Origin: an uncultured Methanosarcinales archaeon
GTDB lineage: Archaea; Nanobdellota; Nanobdellia; Woesearchaeales; ARS49
Assembly: GCA_964550175.1 (NCBI GenBank)
Contig: CAZJXP010000001.1
Coordinates: 248,294 to 312,293, forward strand
DNA: 64,000 nucleotides
Direction: 5' to 3'
The first letter of the stretch is position 1. Each line of letters opens with the position of its first letter. The notes under the pieces were generated by a model, which searched no databases, had not been told where the DNA came from, and worked only from the letters and a program-made list of their open reading frames with translations. The translations under genes were made by a program, and so were the position numbers. Shown one piece after another: positions 28,113 to 37,058 of the stretch.

Positions 28113-29840
28113 TTCCACCCACCTCGCGCAGTCCGGCAATCCGTTGCCGAACCGGCGCTCGTACTGCTTTTGGTCGCTGTAGCCTGAAGCTTTCGAGCAT
28201 CGCGCGGCGGCCATCATGATAAGGTCGTCCAAGGAGCTTTGTTTGACGCTCCTTTGCAGCGCGAACGCTCCGGCGACGCACGGCGACGCCATCGAGGTTC
28301 CGGATAAAACTCCGTACTCGTTTCCGGGAAGCGTCGAAAGCACCTGCTCTCCCATCGCGGCGAAATCGACAAACCCCATGTTGCTGAAACTTGAATGCTC
28401 TCTTGAACGGTTGACGCTGCCGATGGATTGCACCCCGCCCAAGACAGCAGGATAGCTTTCCTTGTCGGGACTCCACTGCGTCGATTCGTTACCCGCGGCG
28501 GCAACGATCAAGGTGCCGTATTCTCTCGCGGCTTCAACGACTTCCCGTTCTTCTTCGGAACAGCCGGGCGCGCCGAAGCTGCAGTTGATGATCGGGATGC
28601 TGTTCTTGTAGCAGTACTCGAACGCCAGCAAAATGTCCGCCTCTGAGCCGCAGCCGTCCTCGTCCAATACTCGGACTGCCTTCAGCGTGACGTCGGGCGC
28701 GATGGACTTGACAATTCCGGCAACGTGCGTGCCGTGCCCGTGCATATCCATCGGGTTGTCGGTGTTGCGCACGAAGTCGCGACCCTTGTTTTCGCTGAAA
28801 CTGCTTGCCAAAAACGGATGCGTGTAGTCGACGCCCGTGTCCATGATTGCTACGGTGATTCCGTTTCCCCTCGTTGTCTTGTGCGCGGCGTAGGCGTTGA
28901 TCAAAGCGACGTGCTCTAACACACCTAACGGTTTCCTTGCGATGGTCGGCTTCGGCAACGGAACGACAATTCTTTTTGCCTGGCGGACGTTGAGAATTTC
29001 TCCCATGGACGTTTTTTCGTTGCTGAGATAGCGCATCAGTCGCGGAAGCTCCTTCGGGTCGTTCTTGATGATCAAAGCAGGACTTGAATCCAGCGCGACG
29101 CAGTCCGAGTCCGCATATCCTTGCACGTAGGCGCACAACGCCCCCATGCAGCGGTCTTTGGGTTTGACTCTAACGATAAGCCGGTCGTTTGACTTCGTGA
29201 CGTCGTTGCGGTACGATTCTTCATTTGAACGCCGTTTCGGGGAGAAGATGGTTGGGCTTGACTGAATAGTTTGCTTGACTGTTTTTACCACCGTGAATAT
29301 TGCTCGATCGATCAACGAGTATTCTTCGTTGAGAAATGCGTCGATGGTGCGGTTAGCCTTCTTGAAGTCGCCTGACTGTAGCTGGTTTGCGAGGGTTGCG
29401 TAGAACTTATCATTTGTTTCTCGCTTGAACCCGTCCGAATAGTGTTTTGGAATGACAGTCAATCTCGCATTCGGGGCGTACAAGACTTTCGCGAACTCTT
29501 TTGTCAGAATTCCTAGCTGCCCGTCAAGATTCACTTGTTTGAGCGGGTCGCCGAGAGTGATTGAAATGTCGCTTGATGCGTTTGACTGACGAACGTTTCC
29601 GTCAACGATGACTATTCCTTTCCTGTAGCCGACGATCAACGCGTCCAATCCGAGCTGTTCTGGATCGCAAGAGGATTCGCCGAACAGTTTGGATTTCAAA
29701 CTCGTGGCGTAACTGAATGCGACTTTTTCTGTTTCAGCGACGTTGTTTTTCGGAATGACAAGATTGCCCGCGATGGCGTAGATGCGCTGGTCGTCCTTCG
29801 GCGCGACGGCGTAGGCGCGCTCATGGTTTGCGATTATCAT
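28110..29840 (-). CDS. subtilisin-like serine protease (peptidase S8) with about 300-aa N-terminal extension and no obvious signal peptide
   Basis: Catalytic triad motifs VAIMDTGVD, HGTHVAG and GTSMASP. Start placed at MIIANHE (29840). The ORF extends to 29939, but that N-terminus is encoded by a 20-bp tandem repeat. Confidence 0.8.
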   Translation of the reverse strand: MIIANHERAYAVAPKDDQRIYAIAGNLVIPKNNVAETEKVAFSYATSLKSKLFGESSCDPEQLGLDALIVGYRKGIVIVDGNVRQSNASSDISITLGDPLKQVNLDGQLGILTKEFAKVLYAPNARLTVIPKHYSDGFKRETNDKFYATLANQLQSGDFKKANRTIDAFLNEEYSLIDRAIFTVVKTVKQTIQSSPTIFSPKRRSNEESYRNDVTKSNDRLIVRVKPKDRCMGALCAYVQGYADSDCVALDSSPALIIKNDPKELPRLMRYLSNEKTSMGEILNVRQAKRIVVPLPKPTIARKPLGVLEHVALINAYAAHKTTRGNGITVAIMDTGVDYTHPFLASSFSENKGRDFVRNTDNPMDMHGHGTHVAGIVKSIAPDVTLKAVRVLDEDGCGSEADILLAFEYCYKNSIPIINCSFGAPGCSEEEREVVEAAREYGTLIVAAAGNESTQWSPDKESYPAVLGGVQSIGSVNRSREHSSFSNMGFVDFAAMGEQVLSTLPGNEYGVLSGTSMASPCVAGAFALQRSVKQSSLDDLIMMAAARCSKASGYSDQKQYERRFGNGLPDCARWVE

Positions 29841-29883
29841 AAAACAGTCTAAGCGATTGTTTTTTAGGTGCGTTTCGCAGGAA

Positions 29884-29930
29884 AAACCGGAAGATTTGCG
29901 GAAAAAGCGGAAGAATTGCGGAAAATCGCT
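29884..29930. repeat. 2.5 tandem copies of a 20-bp direct repeat (aaaaagcggaagaattgcgg)
   Basis: ccggaagatttgcgg aaaaagcggaagaattgcgg aaaatcgc. Lies upstream of, or in the extended 5' end of, the subtilase gene. Confidence 0.5.
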
Positions 29931-29997
29931 TGGCTCCAATATAAAGAAAACGCTAACTCTAACGACGAAACAAAACGGGGCGGTAAAAAGTTTACGT

Positions 29998-31758
29998 CTA
30001 CAAGAATGTCATATTTCTGCACTTAAGAGAATGCGCCAGAAGCACCAGTTTCTTGAGGTCTTCCGTCTTAACGGGCTTCGTAATCGGGAACGTGACCGGC
30101 CCGTCGCACCATTTCTGGAACGCGGCCTGCAGCTTGAGCTGGTGCTCGGCAGACGCTTTCGTGACAAATAGCTTCGCTCCCTTCGGCAACACGCCTTTCT
30201 GCGCGACCTTGACGATGTCCGCCTTAGTCAAGCCGTTCTTTTTCGCGAACTCGGCAAACAGCGGATGCACCTCCAGCCCATCAGCGAATTTAACAGCATA
30301 GGATAACGGTTCAAGCATCTTCACGCCCGCGATTGCCGTAACGGCGCTCGGAATTATCGCGGTGACTGAGGCGTTGCGCGTTCCCTTGCTTTTCTTGTCC
30401 TTCGCGTCGAAATTCGGGAACGAGCCGCGCTTCGCCAACTCATTCGACGCTTTTCGCGCCTCATCTGAGATGAATTTCATGAGCTTCTCAGCGTGTTCAA
30501 TCGCTTTCGGCGAATCATACGAAATGCCGAGCTTGATGAGCATTTCTGCAAACCCCATCACGCCGAGCCCGATACGTCGATGCGCTTTCGTTATCGCTTC
30601 GCTTTCAGGAGAGGGATATACCGTCACATCGATGGCGTTGTCGAGGAAATGGACGGCGTCGCGAGCGGCTTGCGCCAACCGTTCCCATTCGGGCTTGCCA
30701 TTCTTGACGAACAACGACACGTTCAAGAAACCTGAAAACCAGGACTCCAACGGCACAGGCTCGTCAAGCGTGAGCAACGGCTCGCTAGAGTGGATGATGC
30801 GCAGCGCGATAAGGTCGAAGACCTCCTTCGCCTGCAAGGAACGCGCGAGCTGGTGCGTCTTAGGGTTGACAAGATGATACGCGGACGAAGTCGAAACCGC
30901 CTTCAAGAACGCGTCCGTGAGCACGACTTGCGACGATTTCGCCGTAAATTCAAGAATGTCTGGATGGTCGATGCGCAAACTTGCGGTGTGCATGGCGCGC
31001 TTCACGACCTCGGTCGAAGTCTCGAACAGGCGCAAGAAACTCATCGGGCCAGAAGCGACGCCGTGCTTGACTTTGTCCCCTTTCGGCCGGATGTGGGAGA
31101 ATGAAATGTTCGCGTGCGTGCCCGCGTGCTGGATAAGGGCAGCTTGCTTAAGCGTTTCGAATATTTCCGGAAGCGAGTCTCCGACGCGCAGGGAAATTGC
31201 TGAAACAAGATTGTTCGACGCGCCCGCGTTCTTCAGGATGGTTTCGTTCGGCAAAAACTCGAGCTTGGACAGCATCGCAAAGAAGCGGTCTTCCACTTTT
31301 GAGAGGTTTTTCGCGTCATGCGCGCGGTCTCCTTGAGCTACGACCTTCGCGACGCGGCGGAACAGCCGCACCGGAGTCTCGGCAATCGTTCCCTGATCGG
31401 AGCGCAGCAGATACTGTTCGCCAAGAACTCGCAAGGTCGTGTCGCTCAACCCTAATTCGTCGCGCACGCCCAGGAAGGTTCTAAATTCTCGCACTTTGTG
31501 CTGGCCGCGGTACTGCAACAAGGATTTGGTCGATTGCTTGTTTTTCAGCAAAGTTTCTTCAATGATGTCTTGAACGTCCTGCGTTGTTGGAATTATAGTG
31601 GAGAACAGTTTCGTCACTGTTTGAACGACGCTTTCGGCGAGCTTCTTCGGGTTCGCCTTCGTGTTTTCAACGGCCTTCGTTATCGCGAGAAGAATCTTTT
31701 GGGGTTGGAACAACTCCAAGGATCCATCACGCTTCCGGATCTGGGCGAGTTTCGCCAT
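29998..31758 (-). CDS. ribonucleotide reductase class II-like paralog with N-terminal ATP-cone, lacking the catalytic cysteines
   Basis: The ATP-cone (AKLAQIRKRDGSLELFQPQKILLAI) and the segment GVASGPMSFLRLFETS...ASLRIDHPDILEF align to nrdJ (GGTSSGLMSFLKVFDTG...KMVCLDIDHPDILSF). The protein has only 2 Cys in total and no NPCxE motif. Confidence 0.7.
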   Translation of the reverse strand: MAKLAQIRKRDGSLELFQPQKILLAITKAVENTKANPKKLAESVVQTVTKLFSTIIPTTQDVQDIIEETLLKNKQSTKSLLQYRGQHKVREFRTFLGVRDELGLSDTTLRVLGEQYLLRSDQGTIAETPVRLFRRVAKVVAQGDRAHDAKNLSKVEDRFFAMLSKLEFLPNETILKNAGASNNLVSAISLRVGDSLPEIFETLKQAALIQHAGTHANISFSHIRPKGDKVKHGVASGPMSFLRLFETSTEVVKRAMHTASLRIDHPDILEFTAKSSQVVLTDAFLKAVSTSSAYHLVNPKTHQLARSLQAKEVFDLIALRIIHSSEPLLTLDEPVPLESWFSGFLNVSLFVKNGKPEWERLAQAARDAVHFLDNAIDVTVYPSPESEAITKAHRRIGLGVMGFAEMLIKLGISYDSPKAIEHAEKLMKFISDEARKASNELAKRGSFPNFDAKDKKSKGTRNASVTAIIPSAVTAIAGVKMLEPLSYAVKFADGLEVHPLFAEFAKKNGLTKADIVKVAQKGVLPKGAKLFVTKASAEHQLKLQAAFQKWCDGPVTFPITKPVKTEDLKKLVLLAHSLKCRNMTFL

Positions 31759-31874
31759 GCATTTTGATAGGCATGGTGCTTAATAAATATTCGTTATTTT
31801 ATATATAGAAAAGATATACTTGAGTATATAATAAGCTCCTCGGAACGTATTAATTTTAAATATAGAAAATAAGT

Positions 31875-32108
31875 CTACTCTTTTGTTACGTGAATGCAAT
31901 TGACCGGACAGTTGTCCGCGGCATCCTGGCTTTTGTCAACATCAGCGACTTCGCGCGTCTCAAGCGTGCCGTCTTTGACCTTGGCGTGCTTGCTCTCCTT
32001 CAAATCTGCGATGTTGTCATCCGCCATCTCCCAACGGGCCGGATCGACTGCTACACAACTCCCGCAACCGATGCATTTCCAGCGCTCGTGCATGATCTTG
32101 ATGGGCAT
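31875..32108 (-). CDS. 4Fe-4S ferredoxin (single cluster, Pyrococcus-type)
   Basis: CIGCGSCVAV ... CPVNCI. Confidence 0.8.
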   Translation of the reverse strand: MPIKIMHERWKCIGCGSCVAVDPARWEMADDNIADLKESKHAKVKDGTLETREVADVDKSQDAADNCPVNCIHVTKE

Positions 32109-32144
32109 GACTTTTGTTCAAATCAACGCCTTAAAAACGTTGTG

Positions 32145-32889
32145 CATGAAAACGCTTAAATATCGCGAGAACAAAAACCTGCTTGTGAAAAAGAGGGAGC
32201 TGGCCAGACCACAGCATAATGGAGTAGCGTCGCGATTGCGCGACATCATTCTCGGCGGCCAGGACGGCATCGTTAATGTTCTCGGAAACGTGCTTGGAGT
32301 TGCGTCTGCGACCGGCGACACAAAAATCGTCATCATCGCAGGGCTAGCTGCTACGTTTGCGGAAAGCATCTCCATGGGAGCCGTCGCGTACACGTCCACG
32401 CAAGCGGCGCAGGACTACGCCCGAAGCCTTGAGGAACAGGAACGCAAAGAAATCGAAAAGCATCCGGCAAGCGAACGGGCTGAGATAAAATCAATTTTCG
32501 CAAAAAAAGGAATCAAAGGAACGCTGCTGACGAAAGTCGTCGAGCGCATCACCGCGTCGAAACGACGCTGGCTGATGACGATGCTCACGGAAGAGATGCA
32601 CCTCTCCTCCGAAAACGGGTCGCCCTTATCGAGCGCGTTCATCGTGTTCTCCGCATCGATGGTCGGCTCCATCATCCCCATCATCCCGTTCTTCTTCATG
32701 CCTGTGATTCCTGCTATGTTGACGGCGCTCGCGACGTGCAGCGTCGTGCTGTTCATCACCGGCGCGGTGAAAGCTCGCTTGACGGTCGGCACCTGGTGGC
32801 GGTCCGGACTCTCCTTGATGTTTATCGGCATATTATCCGCGCTCGCCGGATACTTGATAGGAAAGGCGTTAGGCATCGTTCTGTACTAG
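32145..32889 (+). CDS. VIT1/CCC1 family iron/manganese transporter
   Basis: GGQDGIVNVLGNVLGVA plus a C-terminal TM bundle. The ATG at 32145 was preferred over the longer ORF, which overlaps the ferredoxin. Confidence 0.75.
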
Positions 32890-32899
32890 AAATAAATTT

Positions 32900-33202
32900 T
32901 CAAGACGGCTTTATCGGCGGAGGCGTGATGGTGTCGTCGACTATCTTGTTCAAGTCAACCGTCTTGTAAATCGCCCCGCGCTTGATCTCTTCCCCGAGAC
33001 GGGTGACGGTAGACCACAGCTTCCGCGACTCGTCCAGCGTCACTTCCCGGTCGACGATGACGCGGTACGTGCGGCCGTGGATCTCGAGCGCGAGCTCCTT
33101 TCCCAAATTATTGTGGTCAAAGCTGCGCAAGTGATTGCAGTAGATGATGCCGGGCTTTTCGGTGTCCCGCAATATGTAGAACTTGTAGTCTTTCTCGTCC
33201 AT
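32900..33202 (-). CDS. hypothetical protein
   Basis: 100-aa ORF. Confidence 0.4.
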   Translation of the reverse strand: MDEKDYKFYILRDTEKPGIIYCNHLRSFDHNNLGKELALEIHGRTYRVIVDREVTLDESRKLWSTVTRLGEEIKRGAIYKTVDLNKIVDDTITPPPIKPS

Positions 33203-33226
33203 AGTGTTGAAAAGAAGGGTTTCTAT

Positions 33227-33526
33227 TTAAGGTTTGACGTCCAGATGCGCGAACCGGGCGTACTGGTTTGCGAGCGCGTCGTCAATGCTGTGCTCAATCT
33301 TTTCCGCGATCTTGTCGCGCGGCGAGAAAAAGAACAGGTCGCCAACGACGTCCTGCAGCGCGGAGACTTGGCCCAGAGACAAATCCTTTCGCGACGCGAG
33401 AAGAGTTTTGCCCTCCAACTCCGTTGAAATCTGCGTGCCCGACTTGAACGAGTACTGGTACGGAATCGGAGACTCGCCCGGGAGCAACGGCTTGCCCAGC
33501 GCGGCGTACCAATCGTAGCGCGTCAT
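33227..33526 (-). CDS. hypothetical protein (co-transcribed with SOD)
   Basis: 99 aa, 4-nt overlap with the upstream gene. Confidence 0.45.
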   Translation of the reverse strand: MTRYDWYAALGKPLLPGESPIPYQYSFKSGTQISTELEGKTLLASRKDLSLGQVSALQDVVGDLFFFSPRDKIAEKIEHSIDDALANQYARFAHLDVKP

Positions 33527-33807
33527 TTCCCGCTCACGGCAGTCTTGACGAGATGCACGAGCGTCTTGTCCGAGTAGCGTTCGCCCTCTTCGATGCCGTT
33601 CAGCACCGGGACAAGCGCGTGGCGCGCCGCGTCAATCTGCTTCTGCGAATGCTGGCCGGAATAGATGAGCCGGCCGTACTCGCGCTCCCACCGCTGAAGC
33701 ACTTCAGGCTCGGGAGGATGCGCGGCGTTCCATTCGACATGGTACACCCTTCCGTCCTCTGCCTTAAGATCAGAACGACTCAAGTACAAATTAAAGATGA
33801 CCGTCAT
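33523..33807 (-). CDS. hypothetical protein (co-transcribed with SOD)
   Basis: 94 aa, 4-nt overlaps on both sides. Confidence 0.45.
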   Translation of the reverse strand: MTVIFNLYLSRSDLKAEDGRVYHVEWNAAHPPEPEVLQRWEREYGRLIYSGQHSQKQIDAARHALVPVLNGIEEGERYSDKTLVHLVKTAVSGK

Positions 33808-34385
33808 TGCTTCACCTGCGCGAAGAGCTTGTCGACTTCAGCCCAATCAATATTTTTTAAGATGGTCTCGATGTAGTCAGCGCGCTTCAGGTTGTAGTCA
33901 ATCATGAACGCGTGCTCGAACACGTCGATGCACAAAACCGGGACGCACGTCGCGAGATGACCGACATCGTGCTCGTTGACCCAGCAGTTGATGAACTTGT
34001 CCGTGGTCGGGTCGTAATACGTGATGGTCCAGCCGATGCCGCGCATCGTTCCTAATGCCTTTAACTCCTTGAGGTAGTTGTCCCACGAACCGAACTGCGC
34101 GACAATCTTGTCGTGCAGCTTGCCCTTCGCAGGCTTCGGGGATTTGCTCAGAATGCGGAAGAAAATCTCGTGCAACCGCATACCATTGAACTCCCAGCCG
34201 AAGCGTCGTTTGAGCTCGGCAAATTCGGGCGTGAAGGTTCCGTCCTTGACCATCTTCGCGATGGCGTCGACGAGCTTGTTGACGTTCGTGACATAGCCTT
34301 GGTACAGCGTGAAATGGTTCTTCATCAGCTGGTCGCTCAATCCTTGAATGCCCAACAGATGGTCGTAATTCTTCGGTTCGTACAT
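33804..34385 (-). CDS. sod: Fe/Mn superoxide dismutase
   Basis: C-terminal DVFEHAFMIDY (DVWEHAYY motif) and N-terminal helical-hairpin His ligands. Confidence 0.9.
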   Translation of the reverse strand: MYEPKNYDHLLGIQGLSDQLMKNHFTLYQGYVTNVNKLVDAIAKMVKDGTFTPEFAELKRRFGWEFNGMRLHEIFFRILSKSPKPAKGKLHDKIVAQFGSWDNYLKELKALGTMRGIGWTITYYDPTTDKFINCWVNEHDVGHLATCVPVLCIDVFEHAFMIDYNLKRADYIETILKNIDWAEVDKLFAQVKQ

Positions 34386-34444
34386 AGGAACACCCCGAAA
34401 CTCGGGAAACCGTCCCTGTTTTTATAACTTGCGAACCCAGAAAA

Positions 34445-34657
34445 TCAGATTGAGACTGAAACAACATCAGGGGACTGCATTTCAGGATGGTCACGCAAGC
34501 ACTCGACATACAGCTGTATCGCTTCCTTGATGTTGCGCAACGCCTCTGCGCGCGTTTTCCCCTGCGAAATGCAGCCGGGAAGCTCTGCGCACTCGGCAAC
34601 AATGTAGCCGTCTTCGCCCGGCGTGAGCACTGCCGTGTATTTCTTCATCGAGTTCAC
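34445..34657 (-). CDS. HicB-family antitoxin-like protein (orphan)
   Basis: YTAVLTPGEDGYIVAECAELPGCISQGKTRAEALRNIKEAI matches the HicB/UPF0150 core. No hicA was found nearby. Confidence 0.65.
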   Translation of the reverse strand: MNSMKKYTAVLTPGEDGYIVAECAELPGCISQGKTRAEALRNIKEAIQLYVECLRDHPEMQSPDVVSVSI

Positions 34658-34731
34658 CTCAGAGTTTTGACAATATAAACATTTCTAGCAAATACGCAAA
34701 ACTTTTAAACGCGAAACTTCGGCATGCAGTC

Positions 34732-35259
34732 ATGAAACGACTGCTCATCTTGATTTTGTTATTAACGGCCTGCGCGCCGATGAAGAACGTTGACGGGGAA
34801 CAAACCATGACAAATGTGCTTTTACAGACCACCAAAGGAGATATCACGATTCAATTGAACGACAAGATGGTTATTACCGCGGGAAACTTCAAGAAATTAG
34901 TCTCTGAAGGATTCTACGACAACACCATCTTTCATCGTGTGATTCCTGACTTCATGGTGCAAGGCGGCGACCCGAAAGGAACGGGCACGGGCGGACCGGG
35001 CTACGAGATTAAGGACGAGTTTTTGCCCGGCAACGCGAACAACCGCGGCACGATATCGATGGCGAACGCAGGCCCTAATACTGGAGGGTCGCAGTTCTTC
35101 ATCAACGTCGCGAACAACAATTTCCTGGACACGAAGCATCCTGTTTTCGGCAAAGTCACAAAGGGAATGGACGTAGTTGACGCGATCGTGAACTCCGAAC
35201 GCGACAGAAACGACAAGCCGTTGGAAACGATTAAGATTGTGAAGGCGACGATAATATAA
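34732..35259 (+). CDS. cyclophilin-type peptidyl-prolyl cis-trans isomerase, lipoprotein (lipobox LTAC)
   Basis: FHRVIPDFMVQGGDP, GPNTGGSQFFIN, and N-terminus MKRLLILILLLTACAP. Confidence 0.9.
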   Translation: MKRLLILILLLTACAPMKNVDGEQTMTNVLLQTTKGDITIQLNDKMVITAGNFKKLVSEGFYDNTIFHRVIPDFMVQGGDPKGTGTGGPGYEIKDEFLPGNANNRGTISMANAGPNTGGSQFFINVANNNFLDTKHPVFGKVTKGMDVVDAIVNSERDRNDKPLETIKIVKATII

Positions 35260-35263
35260 CTTT

Positions 35264-36133
35264 ATGCCAATCGAATCGAATAGTCCGCACTCAGCACCAA
35301 AATCAACGTGGCCACTATTTCGACATTGGAAACAAAGTCCTTCATTTAGAGCACAAACAAAAATAGGGCTCATAAGTGGAGTTATTTTCTTCATTGCGGG
35401 ACTATTTGCATCCCCCGTAGTAACTCCCTTCGTCGCACACATTTTTGAAGTTGAAAAACAAATAGTCATCACTATTGCGCGCAGTTATCTTATCGATGAT
35501 TATGAAAAATATCCAACATATGAGCACGTATTTTTTGTAACTGGCTGCGGAACCAGAAATCTCGTATTCATGCGTAACGGAGAATATCCTGAGCAGCTTC
35601 AACAGCAAGTATTATTTTTGGGCACAACTAAAATTTGTCCTAATTGCACTCAATTTAACACTGCATTTTATAATGTTGGAAAACCGTTTAAAAATAATCT
35701 GTTTTTCCGATTTAAAAGCTCTAGTAAATTTGAATTTGATGAAGGAAGCCCTGAAGTAACCATTAGACAAAACGTAGATGCTATTCAACCTAATTTTATA
35801 ATTGAAATACTTGGCGGGATTAAACCTGTTACGGATTTAATTCATTTCAGTGGGCATATTACCCGAGTTGGTTCAATTAACACCACATGTAATGATGTTG
35901 AAAAAGATAATTGTATTTTTGTAAAGTATGATGTTGCTGTTCTAAAAAATCAGAGCAGGATTGATAAGTTTTTTGCCGAAAATATGATCAAAGAACCACT
36001 ATATGATCCTCATGGCATGCTTGAATACCAACTGAATGAACATAATGAATTTAAACTGGGGAATGCCAGTTTTTTTACTGAATTATGTAAACCGAGCGAA
36101 AAACTGGACTTACAGTCAAAACAAATTAGTTAA
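35264..36133 (+). CDS. hypothetical membrane-anchored protein (AT-rich gene)
   Basis: 289 aa with one N-terminal TM. Codon usage is visibly more AT-rich than the neighbours. Confidence 0.45.
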   Translation: MPIESNSPHSAPKSTWPLFRHWKQSPSFRAQTKIGLISGVIFFIAGLFASPVVTPFVAHIFEVEKQIVITIARSYLIDDYEKYPTYEHVFFVTGCGTRNLVFMRNGEYPEQLQQQVLFLGTTKICPNCTQFNTAFYNVGKPFKNNLFFRFKSSSKFEFDEGSPEVTIRQNVDAIQPNFIIEILGGIKPVTDLIHFSGHITRVGSINTTCNDVEKDNCIFVKYDVAVLKNQSRIDKFFAENMIKEPLYDPHGMLEYQLNEHNEFKLGNASFFTELCKPSEKLDLQSKQIS

Positions 36134-36642
36134 TACCTCGGCGCACTTTCTTCGACTTTCCTATTTTCGTATCGTGCGAGAACGAACAATAATGAGGATA
36201 GTCGATTCAGATATTTCAGCAGTTCCGGATTGACGCGAACCGTTTCGGACAGTCGCAAGCAGGATCGTTCCGCTCGGCGACAGACGGCGCGAGCCAAGTG
36301 AATGAAACACGCGGATTTGGTGCCGTTCGGCAACAAGAACGTGGTCTGTTTCTGCACCAACGTCGCGAAATGGTCGATCGCCTTCTCTAATTGAATGATG
36401 TGAGCGTCGGTGACCTGCACTTTTGCGGTGTTGGCCAATTCTGCGCCGACCGTGAACAGAAGATTCTGAGCTTTTACTATTTCTTGTCTGACGTGCCCGT
36501 CGTCCGTGTGCGCCAACGCGACGCCTAAGGCCGCGTTCGTCTCGTCAACGTCGCCGATGGCTTCGATTCTCGGATCGGTCTTCTTCAACCGTCCACCGAC
36601 AAACCCAGTCTCGCCCGCGTCCCCTGTTTTAGTGTAGTACAT
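36130..36642 (-). CDS. ATP:cob(I)alamin adenosyltransferase, PduO type
   Basis: MYYTKTGDAGETGF...RIEAIGDVDETNAALG are the PduO/MMAB N-terminal motifs. Confidence 0.85.
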   Translation of the reverse strand: MYYTKTGDAGETGFVGGRLKKTDPRIEAIGDVDETNAALGVALAHTDDGHVRQEIVKAQNLLFTVGAELANTAKVQVTDAHIIQLEKAIDHFATLVQKQTTFLLPNGTKSACFIHLARAVCRRAERSCLRLSETVRVNPELLKYLNRLSSLLFVLARYENRKVEESAPRY

Positions 36643-37058
36643 TAGTGCAAATACCCCTGAATCAATCCTAGTGTGTACGCAACGACCTTCTCATGCTCCC
36701 CTTCCCAGTGCGGCGGAACGCTGCGTTCAGCGATAAACCCCACATTCATGAGAATATCCGTCGCAGCCTCGGCAAGAATGCGCGCCTCAAGCATGTCGTT
36801 CGTTTTCAGACAGTGATCCCGAATCGGCTCCAACATGTCGTCACCATACTCCAGCAACCAACGATAGCCCTCGCAGTCTTTGCGACGAGCCATATCCCCG
36901 TTATGCTGAAAAGTCGCAGCATGTTGGTCTAACAGCTTGAACGCAATCGCAAATTTTTCGCAGGACGATTCGCTCAACTGCACCCCATTGAATTCCCGCA
37001 GTTCAGGCACTTGTAGCACGAACCGTTTCTTACAGTCACGTGGCCGCAGGAAGAGCAA
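36642..37058 (-). CDS. hypothetical protein, start uncertain
   Basis: The ORF overlaps the nrdJ 3' end by 85 nt. A TTG at 36977 preceded by ggggtg, or the ATG at MARRK, would remove the overlap. Confidence 0.35.
   Translation of the reverse strand: MLFLRPRDCKKRFVLQVPELREFNGVQLSESSCEKFAIAFKLLDQHAATFQHNGDMARRKDCEGYRWLLEYGDDMLEPIRDHCLKTNDMLEARILAEAATDILMNVGFIAERSVPPHWEGEHEKVVAYTLGLIQGYLH

Noticed and set aside
27835-28476. 213-aa minus-strand ORF
   Set aside because: Its upstream half is out of frame inside the subtilase gene. Only the last 92 codons, from the ATG at 28112, are plausible.
31894-32147. 5' extension of the VIT transporter ORF
   Set aside because: The extension overlaps the ferredoxin gene on the opposite strand. 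The ATG at 32145 gives a normal VIT N-terminus.
33898-34602. 234-aa minus-strand ORF
   Set aside because: It is out of frame across the superoxide dismutase gene and the HicB gene and has an Arg/His-rich composition. It is a GC-driven artefact.
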